64,000 bases of DNA from Magallana gigas (taxonomy: Eukaryota), in assembly GCF_963853765.1 (NCBI RefSeq), contig NC_088857.1, positions 7,316,001 to 7,380,000 on the forward strand, read 5' to 3'. Shown one piece after another: positions 41,059 to 54,107 of the stretch (position 1 is the stretch's first letter; every line of letters begins with the position of its first letter). The notes under the pieces were generated by a model. It was not told the origin of the DNA. It saw only the letters and a program-made list of their open reading frames with translations, and ran no database searches. The position numbers and the translations under genes are program-made.

Positions 41059-42285
41059 ATGTCATCTTTGGAGCACGTGTCACGAGTAAGGCTATTGTAT
41101 AAAGCCATTTTAAGGTACAGTATTTCAGCTCTTACGAAGTTGATGAAAACATCTTTAATTCTGTATGTTTAAAAAGACACTTTTCTACAGAATGAGGTTG
41201 TCACTCTTCCTTGCTTTAGAAGTAATTGCATTTGTACATTTGTAAATATTTTTGTTGTTTTGTACCTCATGTACTGTAACCATTGATATGGTTTGAGTGA
41301 AATAAACATTCAAGAAATTTTAAATATCTTGGAAACTGGAGTGTGTTAAATAATCACCAACTGTACCTGTAAGAAAATTACTGTACTTCAGACATTCAGA
41401 TTGTTAGCGAATAGGGTCAACATAGTCAATATATAGTAAACAGAATGATAAAAAAAACCTTTTGAAATGCATATGATAATGAAAAATTTCTCCTTAGTAT
41501 TATATAGACTAACTGCTAACAAAGTTGTTTATCTATAAAACATCATATTCTTTTATCGAGTTTTTACAGACTGGGATGACTTAATGCAAAATTGTTGAGG
41601 CCTGCATCATTTCTTTGGTGTTTATTATTTGTAGATTGCATCGTAGTCTACCTTTGGAGATGAGGGCTTTAGGAGACCAATATGTAAAAGATGAATTCCG
41701 CCGCCACAAACAAGTCAACCCAGCAGAAGCACACATGTTTATGCAAGAATGGACTGTAAGTATCCATGATTGTTTCCCCTTTTCAATATATGTGTTAGAT
41801 TAAAAAAATTTATTGAATGAATGTGTATATATATATATATATATATATGTTTAAAATATACAATATTATCTGCTTATTAATGCAGATAAACAGAGTACAA
41901 CAGTAAATTTTATCTGAAGTTCATCCTCAATGTAGATTTTATGTGTACATGGTGTACATTTGCTAAAATTGTAAAAAAATAAAATAAAATCAAAAATCAG
42001 GTTATTTGGTCAGTAGTTCAATCCTTCTGAGTGAGGAAGTTACAAAAAAAAAAATGTCTTTTTAGAGTATTTGCATATTGTATGATTTTAAATCTTCTTT
42101 TTTTTCAGAAGTATTATTTAACACTAGGAAAACAAGTTACAAAACCAAACAAAGAACAGCATGTAGGATCACATTTAAGTGGGGAATTTGTGGACTATTT
42201 TAATGATGACCAGGCTGAACAATTGCTTGATTTACATAAAGCTATTAAGAATCCCACTGAAGGGAATGGAGGTTCACAAAGCTAG
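41059..42285 (+). CDS. SDHAF3: Succinate dehydrogenase assembly factor 3, mitochondrial (ACN9/LYR-motif family), 117 aa, 3 exons
   Basis: Exons 41059-41114, 41635-41755 and 42109-42285, in frame. Motifs: [38 protein letters not shown] and Q..QL..L. Confidence 0.95.
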
Positions 42286-42650
42286 CATAGAAACAGTGTG
42301 TGGAAGAATGTGTCTATTGACTGAATTGAAAAAAAACCCAACTTTGCATGTGTGAAATATGTCTTGTGTCATGTATCAAAACATGAATTGGCAGTGATTG
42401 AAAACAACAGACATATCCACAGTGTTTAACAGAATACACTACATTCAAGTTCTTACAAGGCTCTGGTCATTTCTCTACACAGGCCAAAGTGTGACAAACG
42501 TTGTTATGAATGGATACAAGAATTAAGGAAGATGATGAAGAGTTTTTGAAACAGTTTTGAATAAATGAAAAAATTCATTATTTTATATTTTGTATGCTGA
42601 TTAATTTCTTAGTGTATTCAGTAAAGATGAAGATATATGTGATTAATATA

Positions 42651-43479
42651 CGAGGGTTGTCCAAAAAGTTTGTGGACATCTGTAATTTTATTCAAAATGA
42701 GAGATGCCATTTTCAGGAAATATTATATTTTAATATAGAGTATAATAATGTATATGTATAAAAATCAGTGCAACGTACATTCTTAAATTGGGAGTTATCA
42801 TTTTGTGTACATTGCATATATAGGTTGCACAACCTAGTCTGATGTTGAGTTGTAGGAACGATTTTAGTGTAGCATTGTAGTTTTTGGTTAACCTGACTGA
42901 TTTTTGCTGCATTCACTGTTTGATTAAAGGGTACAACTGCACGCTCCAACAGAAACTCGCTTGTGTCATTCGTAGATAAGTGATCTCAAACAAATTCCAT
43001 GTTTTTCCTGTTTCTTCCACCATTTGTTTCGATCTTTTTTTTTCCAAATTTGACACAAAATTTGATGATGACTTGCTGCTCCATGCGGTCAGCCGACGTC
43101 GCTTTTCATGGCGTTTTTAAAGAGACGTTTTGCTGTAATATTTATTTCAAAAATCCTCTGCTCATTTAAAGACATCTTTAATTGACGTATGAAAATGACA
43201 GACACAATACTAACTTCTTCACAACAAGAGTATGATATTTTTACATGTTTATATAAACTGTAAATATTCATATCTAAAACTTCAATCGCGCGTTTTTTCC
43301 GTGAACCTTAGATACATTTATTATTTTTGACTAATTTTAGGGGAAAACATTCAAAACCACTTTAGTTGGATTTGAAATTTTATGACAAACACATTGGTAT
43401 ACATTATGTACATGTATATATAAATATGTTTAAAATGACAAAAAACTCGATTGTCCACGAACTATTTGGTCAGCTGTCG
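42651..43479. mobile_element. Degenerate Tc1/mariner-type element
   Basis: TA-flanked imperfect TIRs: CGAGGGTTGTCCAAAAAGTTTGTGGACA versus the reverse complement of the right end, CGACAGCTGACCAAATAGTTCGTGGACA. Confidence 0.7.
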
Positions 43480-43571
43480 TATATGTACAATTGTCTAGCA
43501 ATGTCTGCAATAAAAACGAGATGCTTGTATACCTCTGTACAATAGTTCCTCGCTGAACAGCGTATCTTGGA

Positions 43572-46034
43572 TTATTCAAAATATACTGTTAGTTTGGAAT
43601 CTACCATCTGCTTTCTGTACAGTTCATCAAAACGTTCATTTTGTCGAACTGTAAAGTGGTTCTTCCAGTCTCCTATTTCTCCTGCAAAATCGAATGGAAA
43701 AACTCAATTCCTTTCATAATGTATATTTGATGTGCTAAGAAACAAATATATTTACATTTTTTCAGTTTCTTTGCCTGTGATAACACTACGTATCGATTTG
43801 AACTATACAGTCCAATAACTTCAAATGACGTATAATTGTGGCGCCATCGGTATTTGCTTATTAACATTTAAACATTTAATCTTACAAAGGTTGAAAATTA
43901 TGTAAATATAAGTAATAACGAATCATTCTTTGCATATTATGAGGTAATAATTTCGGTCGGTGCGTGTTCAATTCTATTATAAAGCCTTTCCATCTTTATT
44001 GGATTTGATCACGCCCCGACCAAAATTATCACCTCATAATACCCAAAAAATGATTCTTTATTCCTTAAATAAAACAAATTGCTAGATGATGATATGCCGG
44101 TACTATGTGTTTGAGAGCAAATTGGAATTGACAGTGGTTGACTTGCCTTTTCTGAAGAAAGAATTGTACTGGACTTTATCCACATCGCCTTCAAACTTGG
44201 GATTAGCACCAACCACTATTTTCTTGTATTTATTCTTTTCTTTCAAAGTGTCGTCGGCCCTTTTCAGTTTATTAAATGAACAGCTATCTGTTATTTCATG
44301 TAGAAGTTTTATCGACTGTGGCACTTGTAAATATTCAGCTAGTCTTTTAATTTCCACCATGGGATTCTTTTTAAAAATAGAAGCATAATCATCGCAATTA
44401 CTTAAGAGAAAAAAACATACTAAGTAATGAATATACAGAGAATATTATATAAATAGTGCCTGTTTGGGAGGGTAACAGTTGAAATTGACACCCCGAGAAA
44501 ACCATTGTCAACCGACGCGAAGCGGAGGTTGACAATGGTTTTCGAGGGGTGTCAATTTCAACTGTTATCCTCCCAAACAGGCACTATTTATTTTGTTATA
44601 CTGAATGTCTTTTTTTAAATTTTTCAGAAAATTTTACTGCTTTTATATAGGAATAACGTGAATTCTACAGCGAACCGTACGCGCATAATTTTCGCGCAGG
44701 TAACATTTTTTAATGTTACCCGTTGCCAAGTGCGTTGCTAACGCTGAGGGTAATAGTAAATATTATTAACTGCGTCTTAACCAATCAGATTTCAGTATTT
44801 AACATGAAAGTATAACAAAAATAAAGATAAACTAAACAGACACATAAAATAATGGTTTACAGAGAGTGATATTTTTATTAAATCAATAGTGCTTTTTCCA
44901 TGCTCCCATGCATGTATGTAAATGACGCAGACAAATAATTAAACGCTCGCCATCTGCGATCTTTTCCTTACCATTATCGTCCTTGTAGATAAGAACCCAG
45001 TTATGAATGCATGAATTCTATACCAGTCAAAAGTGTATAGTCCTTACATGCATAAATTCTTTATAGTACATTCAAAAATGCATAGTCCTTACATAATCTC
45101 TGTATACAATCAAAACTGTATAGTCCTTGTATAAACTGTATGTGTATAAAATCAAAAATGTATAGTTGGCCTTGCATAAGTTTTCTATATCCACCCTAAA
45201 ATGTATAGTTTTTTTTTGTCAATTCTATATACACGAAAAAATGTATGGTCCTTACCCTTTTCAAGTTTTCAAAATATAACACGTGAATGTTGTAATTATT
45301 AGAAACTGCTTCCTCAAAATCTTTCTCGTACGAAAACCATCCTCCGTATGGAGGTTTTCCTAAAATTCAGAGAAAAGTTCTGTCATTAGTTCTGCAAGTT
45401 GGAAATTAATTACAAAATATAACGAACACAATAATGATTCATACTTTCCTTGGAAAATAGTCCCTCAAAGCAGTCGGCAAACTGCACGCCATCACTATGC
45501 ATGAACAATCCACTGCCTATAAAGTGATAGTACAGAGATACACATATATCCTTAGGGTTCCGAATGACATGGATGATTTTGCCATTGCTTTCCACGTGCT
45601 TCTGTGGCAACCATCGGAAGGGTAAATTTGTGTTTAGCACCCTCGGTGAGTCCATAGATTTAATGGTACCAATATCATCCATAGCTTCCAGGAAGAGGGA
45701 CTCTTTGCCTTCCTTTATATATTCAGCTCGGCCATTAAGGAGCATCCACACTATTTCCCAAACCCAGTGAGTGCCTATCGATGTACAGAAACTATTTTCT
45801 GTACTTGTAGATTGTACGACAAAATCGACAAGCTATTAAATAACAAAGTTATTAAATACCTGACTTGGGATAGATGGCCAGAAGAATGTCGGTGGGCCTT
45901 GTTTCCAGGTGTTTGATGGCATTTAGTCGAGCCTCCACCCCCTCACGTAGTGGTTTAAATGGTGGCAGGGACATACCATCAAATACCACTTCCTTTAAGG
46001 CCTTACCATCAGTCATACCCCCAGTTGAAGACAT
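43572..46034 (-). CDS. Cytosolic sulfotransferase family protein A (SULT-like, 312 aa, 5 exons; catalytic His replaced by Asn)
   Basis: Exons 45860-46034, 45445-45774, 45256-45359, 44147-44366 and 43572-43681, in frame; intron 4 uses a GC donor. Motifs: [51 protein letters not shown]. Confidence 0.9.
43908..44072. mobile_element. Short fold-back MITE-like element, relative of 10675-10835, intronic
   Basis: Shares GGATTTGATCAC…CCGACC…CTCATAATAC.CAAA.AATGATTCTTTATTCCTTAAATAA with the 10.7-kb copy and is palindromic. Confidence 0.65.
44445..44820 (-). mobile_element. ~370-bp hairpin element, copy 2 (intron 3 of sulfotransferase A)
   Basis: Near-identical to copy 1, with only a few substitutions visible. 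Confidence 0.85.
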
Positions 46035-46254
46035 ATGCCCTCTATCGATGCATTCAACGGTAAAGGGCTTTTATCAGCTCCTTTGTTTATTTCATTTGTA
46101 TTATCGTTCTAAATATACATCAACTTATCAACAGGAACAAAGATGACCAGGCATACACTAGTGAGAATTAGGATTAACTCGTACGTTTCATTAATTATAC
46201 GACTTTCAATGAATTGTATGAATAAGAACAAAAGCTAAATCACTATCGGTAACT

Positions 46255-47824
46255 TTATTCGAACTCAATTTTAAAGTCACAACCTTGCATTTGTTCGCAG
46301 AAGTAATCATCAAACCGTTCACTTTGCGACACCGTGAAATACTCCTTCCAGTTTCCAATTGTACCTACAATATCAGCGATCCCTTAAGCCGACGATTAAC
46401 ATTAACAAATAATTATCAATACTTAAATTATTGTAATTCAGGTATACACAACTTACCGTCAAGGAAAAGAGATTTAGGATTTGGTCCATGAACGTTTTTT
46501 CTGGTCGTAACTTTGGTTGTGTCGTCTGCTTCTTTAAGGCTGGTGAAGTTGCATTTCTCAGCGATGTGAAAAATCAGTTGGTCGGAATAACTTACTCTGA
46601 GAAAGTCAGCAAGACGTTTGATTTCTTCCAGCGGATACTAAATGATTGAATTTTTTTTAGAAACGTAGTAATCTATTATAAAAGTAGCACATATAAGTAA
46701 ATGATTACAGATGGCAAAATTTGTTTTTTGGTTATTATTTGAGATAAATGCACTCTCAATATCATCATGGTTTTTTTTTTAAATTTTTCAAATTTTCATG
46801 ATCAAGAGTATTTTTAAAGTGGTCAAAATATGCGATATACAAAATAATGTGCTTTATATATTCTGAGAATTCTGTATATTTGTTAGACTGAAATAAAGGT
46901 GCAAAAGTTTCGAACCCTCTTTAGTCGTTCGAAGTGTACAAAGTGAATGTTTGATTTAGAATGCTTCATGAAATCCTTCTCATATGTAAACCATCCTCCA
47001 TATGGCTGGTCTGAAATCATAGAAACACGGTCTTCTTAAATCTGCGATGATATACGTAAATTACACGTAGAGTAGAGAACATTTTAATTTTCGACGATTT
47101 TTTTCAAGAGGGTTTTTCTTTTCTTACATATAAATACGTTGATAATTGTTTTTGTCCTGTTTTGTAGAGGAAAGGGGTATGTGAGCTTAAGCTAAGAGAA
47201 ATTTACTTGGTGCATCAGACAGCATGCCATTGACACGGTCGTCGAAATCAAGTATTTCGCTGCCGATGAAGTCCCCAGTCTCTTTAAAATGGAAAAACAT
47301 AGACACTGCCACATCTTTTGGATTACGCACAACATGAACAATTTTCCCGTCGTTTTCCAAATGTTTACGCGGAAGCCACCTGTATGGAAGGTGTGTATTA
47401 AGAGTTCTCGGTGACGTCATCTTATTGATGAGGTTAAGGTCATCTAAAGCCTCCAGGAACTGGGACCCTTTCCCCTCTTTGACGAAAGATGTTGCACCTT
47501 GCAAAAGCATACAGATGATTTCCCAGACCCAATGCGAACCTTAAAAGAATAAAAAGAATATATATTTGCGGTACGCACAGAGAAGCATAAATGTAGGATG
47601 GAAATTGAAGATGAAAACATTCATAGCATTTGTCATTATAAAAACAATTTGTACCAACCAGACTTTAGATAGGTGGTTATAATGACGTCATCAGGACGGG
47701 TGCAAAGTCCCCGGATGTCTTCAAATCTCTGCCTGACACTGACCCTCAAAGGTGGGAATGGTGGGATGGTCATTCCATCAAATAAAACTTCCGGTAAACT
47801 GTTTGTTGTCGTTTTACTATCCAT
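46255..47824 (-). CDS. Cytosolic sulfotransferase family protein B (SULT-like, 294 aa, 5 exons; RKG motif replaced by LDG)
   Basis: Exons 47659-47824, 47207-47539, 46916-47010, 46457-46637 and 46255-46364, in frame, with the same intron phases as paralog A. Motifs: YLKSGSHW, PRTLNTHLP, RNPKDVAVS, PYGGW, LFLDGTIGNWKEYFTVSQSE. Confidence 0.9.
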
Positions 47825-48964
47825 GCTGTTATTTACAACAACTGTGATGGGTCACGGTAAACAGAGAATCGCCCTACCTAACGAACATTTATAACTGTAG
47901 TAAATCATTAACATTGTTGACTGTGATGCAGCATCAATTAGATGTCTTCTTGTTACATAAATCCGGCGGTGTTCTGAGTCAATTAAGTGATTTGACTTCA
48001 GCCCGTAAACTTTAGTATACAAATCAGCTATGGTTTCTCCAGTTTCTACACTTATTTATAAAGCCATATGATAAAAGTAATTGTAATTCCCAATGTTTGA
48101 TTTGTATAAAATACTTTTTAAACAATTTGAACTTTCATTTTGATACAAGAAACCAATCTTTGTCACGAATTTTATGATATACGTTTCCACATTTGTTGAA
48201 AATGTTTCCATGTTTTGATGATAATAATGCTTTATTAGGGTCTATTTAGGGTATTTATAATATTCAACCAACATTCGAGTGTCAGTCGTCGAGTTATATA
48301 TTAGATACAGAGATCATAACTCTTTGGTTTAATATGTACTTATACAAAGTTCATGCCATGTATTTAAAAGCATATTAAGGATTTCATTTTTTTTGCAATT
48401 TGTTTCATCTCGCGCTCAGGAACGTAGATGACATGGCATCCTCTGAGCAGTATAAGAAATGAGTGCATTTAATGAAAAAATCTTTTTACATCCAATAATT
48501 TCATGTATACACTTTAAATCTATCTTTAAGTCAATATCTAGTAAATGAAATGTGCCTACAGATTAATAAAATTCAAGGTATAAATTCCTTGAATGATGCT
48601 TCATAAATAACAATAGCTTTCTTTAACTGGGTGTATTGGGGCTTAAATTTTGGTAAACACAATGAAAAATCATGTTTTGAACTGTCTATGAAATAACAAA
48701 TGTAACAAATCTCGACATTTTGTCCATTTTTGATTGATGAAATATATCTAGAATGCCTATGGTCTCTCCAAAATGGCATTAACATCCTCTGTCAAATCGA
48801 ATATAAAATTATTTTACCCATTTTTTAATATATATAACGTCAGGAAGTTATTTCATTTTCTATATGATTCGTTTAAAGCTGTCAATCATGGGGAAAAAGA
48901 TCGATTCATCAAAACAATTATGACGTCATAATGGTTCTAGCTTAGGATTTAACTTAATCAAACT

Positions 48965-51900
48965 TAATCATGCATACGAGCGTAATATTTGGGTATATAA
49001 AGATGCAGATTTTGAAAAATTAAACTCTCTAATTTCCAACTGCGATTGGGATATTACAATTAACAGCGCTCCAAATATTGATGCGGCAGTTGCACAGTTT
49101 ACTTCAACATTTATGTCATATGTTCGTGAATGTGTACCCGAAAAAAACTATAATTATACGCCCCCGCGAGAAACCGTCTCGCTGCTTCGTAAAACTATGA
49201 GGAGTAGAGACCGCTTAAGAAACAAAGCTTTAAGAACCAAAAATGATGCCGACTGGACAAAATTTCGACACGTTCGCAATAAAGTAAATAATATGAAAAA
49301 ATACGCTATTATATAAATAGTGCCTGTTTGGGAGGGTAACAGTTGAAATTGACACCCCGAGAAAACCATTGTCAACCGACGCGAAGCGGAGGTTGACAAT
49401 GGTTTTCGAGGGGTGTCAATTTCAACTGTTATCCTCCCAAACAGGCACTATTTATTTTGTTATACTGAATGTCTTTTTTAAAATTTTTAGGAAAATTTTA
49501 CTGCTTTTATATAGGAATAACGTGAATTCTACAGCGAACCGTACGCGCATAATTTTCGCGCATGTAACATTTTTTAATGTTACCCGTTGCCAAGTGCGTT
49601 GCTAACGCTGAGGGTAATAGTAAATATTATTAACTGCGTCTTAACCAATCAGATTTCAGTATTTAACATGAAAGTATAACAAAACTGATTATTACGATAA
49701 TATCGAATCTGCATTGCACGACAGTAGTAGGAATGGTAAAATATATTGGAAGTTGATGAAAGATTTATTCAAAGTTAAAGCAACAACTGAAATACCCCCG
49801 TTGCAATTCTTTGAAAATGGACAATCTACATTAGCTTTATCAGATATTGATAAAATAGAAATTTTGAACAAATATTTTTCATCAATTTCAAATATTGAAT
49901 CTGCGAATCGTAACATTACCCAATTTATACTATATGTGCAACAAAAAAAAATCTGATATCCAAATAAAGGTTGAAGAAGTTTTCGACATTATCTCAATCT
50001 TGCTTGTTAATAAGGCTATTGGCCCTGATAATATAAGTCATAGAATGTTGAAATATACAAAATTTTCCATTTCAAAACCTTGATGTACTAGTATGCATTT
50101 TAACAAATCACTTATTGAAAAATCATTTCCAAATTATTCGAAAATAGCTCATGTTTTACCGCTCTTTAAGAAAGATGATCCATCTGTTGCAAGTAACTTC
50201 AGACCAGTGTCCCTGCTAAGCTGTGTCAGCAAAATTATGGAAAGGATAATTTTTAAGCATGTTTACAATTTTTTTCACGAAAATAATTTATTCCATAAAT
50301 ACCAGGCAGGTTTTTTGCCTGCCCATTCCACGGTATTCCAACTATTAGAAACATATCATAGCATTGTCAAAAGTATAGAAGATTGGAAAATGTGTTGTAT
50401 GATTTTTTGTGATTTGTCGAGAGCTTTTGACAGGGTGTGGCACGAAGCCCTAATTTTTAAACTTCAAACTTATGGCATAAGTGGGCATCTTTTACAATGG
50501 TTTAAGAGGTTACTTGATAGAACACAAAGGGTAATGCACAAAAACAAGTTATCATCAACCTTATGTATCAATGCTGGTGTTCCACAAGGGTCAGAATTAG
50601 GACCACTATTATTTCTTATTAAATTAATGCTGTAGCAACAAATATGTTATCATTTTGTAGACTTTATACTGATGATAATTCATTACAGCATTGTGATTTA
50701 TATACTAAAAACATTGAAACTGTATTGAACCATGATATGAAAATTCTCAGCGACTGGTCTGACAAGTGGTTATTGAAATTTAATCCGTCTAAAACAAAGG
50801 CTGGTTTTTTTTCCCACAAAGAAACATTTAGAAGAATTTCCCAAGTTATTTTTTCAAGGGTGTCAACTGGACTATGTTTCAACCCACAAACATCTTAGTT
50901 TACTTTTTTTCTAATGATTAATAATATAGTAAACAGTGCATACAAAAAATTGGGACTTTTGAAAAAACTAAAGTTTACTCCAGGTAGAACTAATTTATCA
51001 AAAATGTATATCACGTTTATTAGACCAGTTCTTGAATATGCTCCTGTAGTATGGGACGGCTGTAATATGTTTGACATGGAGGGATTAGAAAAAGTTCAAT
51101 TAAGTGCTACAAGGATTGTTACTGGTTTACCCATTTTAGCATCTACAGAATCTCTCTACACAGAAACTGGGTGGGAGCCTCTTGTTAGTCGACGTACATG
51201 TAATAAGGCTAAATCAATAACCATGTTTAAAATTCATACAAATCAAGTACCTGAGTACTTGAGCAACATTATTCCCCCTGTAACAGAAATGTCTCAATAT
51301 ATCTCACAAGAAATGGCGAAAAATTATTGTGTTCCAATCAGCAGATTAGAACTTAACAAAAAATCTTTTGTACCTGACACCATTCGGAAATGGAATTATC
51401 TCAAATTAGAAGTTAGGGAAGCAACGTCTCTCAACATATTCAAGAAAAACATTACTGAAAGTATTCTTCAACCTTCAAAATATTTTTCATTTGGTAAACG
51501 CACTTCTAATATTTTACATACTAAGTTGAGACACAACTGTATTTTGAATTATGATCTGTATAGAAGAAACATTTTTGAATCACCCAATTGTATTTGTGGT
51601 CAAAAAGAGGATGTTTATCACTTTTTCTTTGTATGCAAGAATTATGTAAATGCAAGAAACAATCCTTTTGACTTAATTTTTAATGGGTTTGAAGAAACAA
51701 TTTTAATTAACTCACATTTGCTTCTTTGGGGTAGTGACAATTTGTCTTACAATACAAACTGCTTTATTTTTTCAGCAGTTCAAAAGTTCATTAAAGAGTC
51801 TGGAAGATTTTTAAAATAATTAAATTCCTTTTTGCTATTGCTTTTTATGCTGTATATTAACGTTATCTACTATGTATTCGCAATTACTTTGTAAAGGCAT

Positions 51901-52070
51901 GTTTATGATTTTAATTATTATAAAGTCAATAGCTATAAGTAACATGTAACATGCAATATTACTATGAAAATTGTATATATTGTATACATTATCATTAGGA
52001 GAGGAAGTTGTAAGTTGTAAGAACTTGTTTCCAATCCTTTTGTGTAATTTACACAATAAAATATGTTCAA
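48965..52070 (+). mobile_element. 5'-truncated, frameshifted CR1/L2-clade non-LTR retrotransposon (ORF2 reverse transcriptase pseudogene)
   Basis: ORF fragments 49113-49316, 49714-49956, 50093-50635, 50644-50898 and 50914-51819. They carry KA.GPDNIS, NFRPVSLLS..SKIMERI, FCDLSRAFDRVWH, GVPQGS.LGPLLFL, YTDD, FNPSKT, YI.FIRPVLEY and a C-terminal C.CG..ED..HFFF.C. An AATAAAATATG tail lies near 52056. Confidence 0.92.
49309..49682 (-). mobile_element. ~370-bp hairpin element, copy 3 (nested inside the LINE)
   Basis: Near-identical to copies 1 and 2. It interrupts LINE ORF2 between KKYA and TDYYDN. Confidence 0.85.
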
Positions 52071-52315
52071 ATTAAATCAATGGTTCTCGCACCAAAAAGA
52101 CACTCTGGAATAAATCATTAGATACTAGCATTAACAGCATCTATTCACTGTATCTAGGGGATGTGTGTCTTCGGAACTCTGTAACTAGATCGATTTCATC
52201 TGTTCCCATTCGGCACAAATACCCTTTTTATCTTTTATTTATAAGAACAAAGTATACAAAAACTTCAAGCACGAAACTTTCATATAGCTTACAGACATAT
52301 TGTGTAATTCCTTAC

Positions 52316-52818
52316 TTTTAACAGAGACATAAATTTATGTCTCTGCTGTATAAAAACAGCCAAACTGAAATTTACACGCCCCATTTATCGATTGGTCGAA
52401 ATCTACAGCGGCTGAAAGTGACAGGACTGAAATTGACACGCCCTGTTTATCGATTGGTCTGAATCTACAGCGACCTAAGTAAACTCAGGGACTGCACGAA
52501 ATAATCATGATGATGCCAGATTCAAAGTCTCACAAGAGACGATTTGGCTGTTTCTTTTAGCTAACGTACTTATGTATATTAACAGTAATTTAGCGAATTT
52601 TAGTATCTTTTCATAATCAAATTATTAATTAGTTAAAGAAAGATGTTAATATAAACAATAAAATGCTTTCTTTGATGATTCATGCGGGTTATGAAGGTAG
52701 CGATCATTGCTGGAAAAATTAACATAACCCGCTAACGCGGGTTATGTATTTTTCCTGCAATGTCGCTACCTTCATATCCCGAATGAATCACCAAAGAAAG
52801 CATTTTATTGTTTAAATA
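52316..52818. mobile_element. Non-autonomous element with long terminal hairpin (52652-52814)
   Basis: TAAACAATAAAATGCTTTCTTTG…CCCGCTAACGCGGG…CAAAGAAAGCATTTTATTGTTTA. Same overall architecture as the 370-bp family. Confidence 0.7.
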
Positions 52819-52837
52819 TTCACAATATATTTATTAA

Positions 52838-53541
52838 AGGGGCATGGTCACGATTTTGGTCAAATCTTATTTCTATGTTTTTATTACTGTGGTTTCATTA
52901 ATTTTCGTGGGTATCAATTTTCGTGGATTTTCAAAAAACCACAGTTTCAAGGATACGTAATTTCGTGGCTAATGATCCTATCAATACAAAATGTTAGTTG
53001 AAATTGAACTTCAATGAATATTTGATTTCGTGGATCAACTTAACAACGAAATCCACGAAAATTGGTATTCAACGAAAATTGATGAAACCACAGTATTTAC
53101 AATGATTTAGAAATGAATTTCTAATGATCAAAATAAAATTTGAGAGTCATTCGTAGAGTAATAAGCAAGATACAGGGCTCACAATTCTTTGCCATGTAAA
53201 CAAGGCTCGTGCCCTGTTTTTGTTTACATAGGTTTAATATTACAGTAAGAAATCTTTTTCCAGCTTATTTGTCTATCTTTTTATTTATTTTAAGCATAGA
53301 TACATAGTTCCTAACGTTTAACACATTCGTTTTAGGTTTAAAACTGAAATTTTTACTTCACCGTTCAAAATGTAAACAAACGCTATGATTACATGTAGCG
53401 AAGAATTTCAAGCTCTGTAACTCGCTTATGACTCAACAAATGACACTCAAATTTCGGTTGCGTATTAAAATGCCTTTCTGAAGCATTGTAAATATTAAAA
53501 TCGGAAAAATAAATTTTCACCAAAATCGTGACCATGCCCCT
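52838..53541. mobile_element. TTAA-flanked MITE (Kolobok-like) with TIR AGGGGCATGGTCACGATTTTGGT
   Basis: TIRs at both ends, TTAA at 52834-52837 and 53542-53545, and purine-purine termini. Confidence 0.85.
52887..53093. mobile_element. TA-flanked Tc1/mariner-type MITE nested in the TTAA MITE
   Basis: TIR CTGTGGTTTCAT.AATTTTCGT / ACGAAAATTGATGAAACCACAG with TA on both sides. Confidence 0.85.
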
Positions 53542-53816
53542 TTAAGCTTTTAAGTTTTGTTGCATATTTTGATGGTTTTAAGAACATCGTTTTGTAATTC
53601 ATATCTCTTATTCATAACTCTTTACGTATCTCTAGGACTTTGAGAGGTCTCATTTTTGTTCTCAAATACACATAACATCTTAGATTTATAAATACTGTAA
53701 GCAACAAAATATATAATATTATTTAAATTAAATTGTATCTGAGAATTAATTCCATAGTAGACACTAATAATTACATGTTTCGACACAAGATGTAATTGCA
53801 AAATCGTACACAGTTT

Positions 53817-54107
53817 TCACCACATTTCTTTGAAATTGTCACATTCAAAAATTAGATGCTTAAAATTCTCTGTTGTGTCTTCACAATGACCAAAACAGTT
53901 GTTTGATCTTACTTTGCATTGATTTAAAAATGAATTGCAGCTCAATATATTATCTAAAAATTTGGAATTAAATTCACATATACTGAGCAAAATAAGTTTA
54001 GCAGTAACTGTTGCTTTTGCATATCTATACTTTTTTAAAAAAAAATTCTTGATTTGTTTATCATGTATTTCTTGAAAGTCAATTAAATTATAGGAATCAA
54101 AAGACAA
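53817..54107 (-). pseudogene. Fragment of an L1/Tx1-type LINE C-terminal zinc-binding (zf-RVT-like) region
   Basis: C.G.C…E..KHL.FEC……W motif preceded by ILS.NSFL; isolated and lacking the RT core. Confidence 0.55.

Noticed and set aside
46035-46457. In-frame SULT-B/SULT-A fusion protein
   Set aside because: Splicing B exon 4 (phase 1) to the AG 7 nt upstream of A's ATG would be out of frame.
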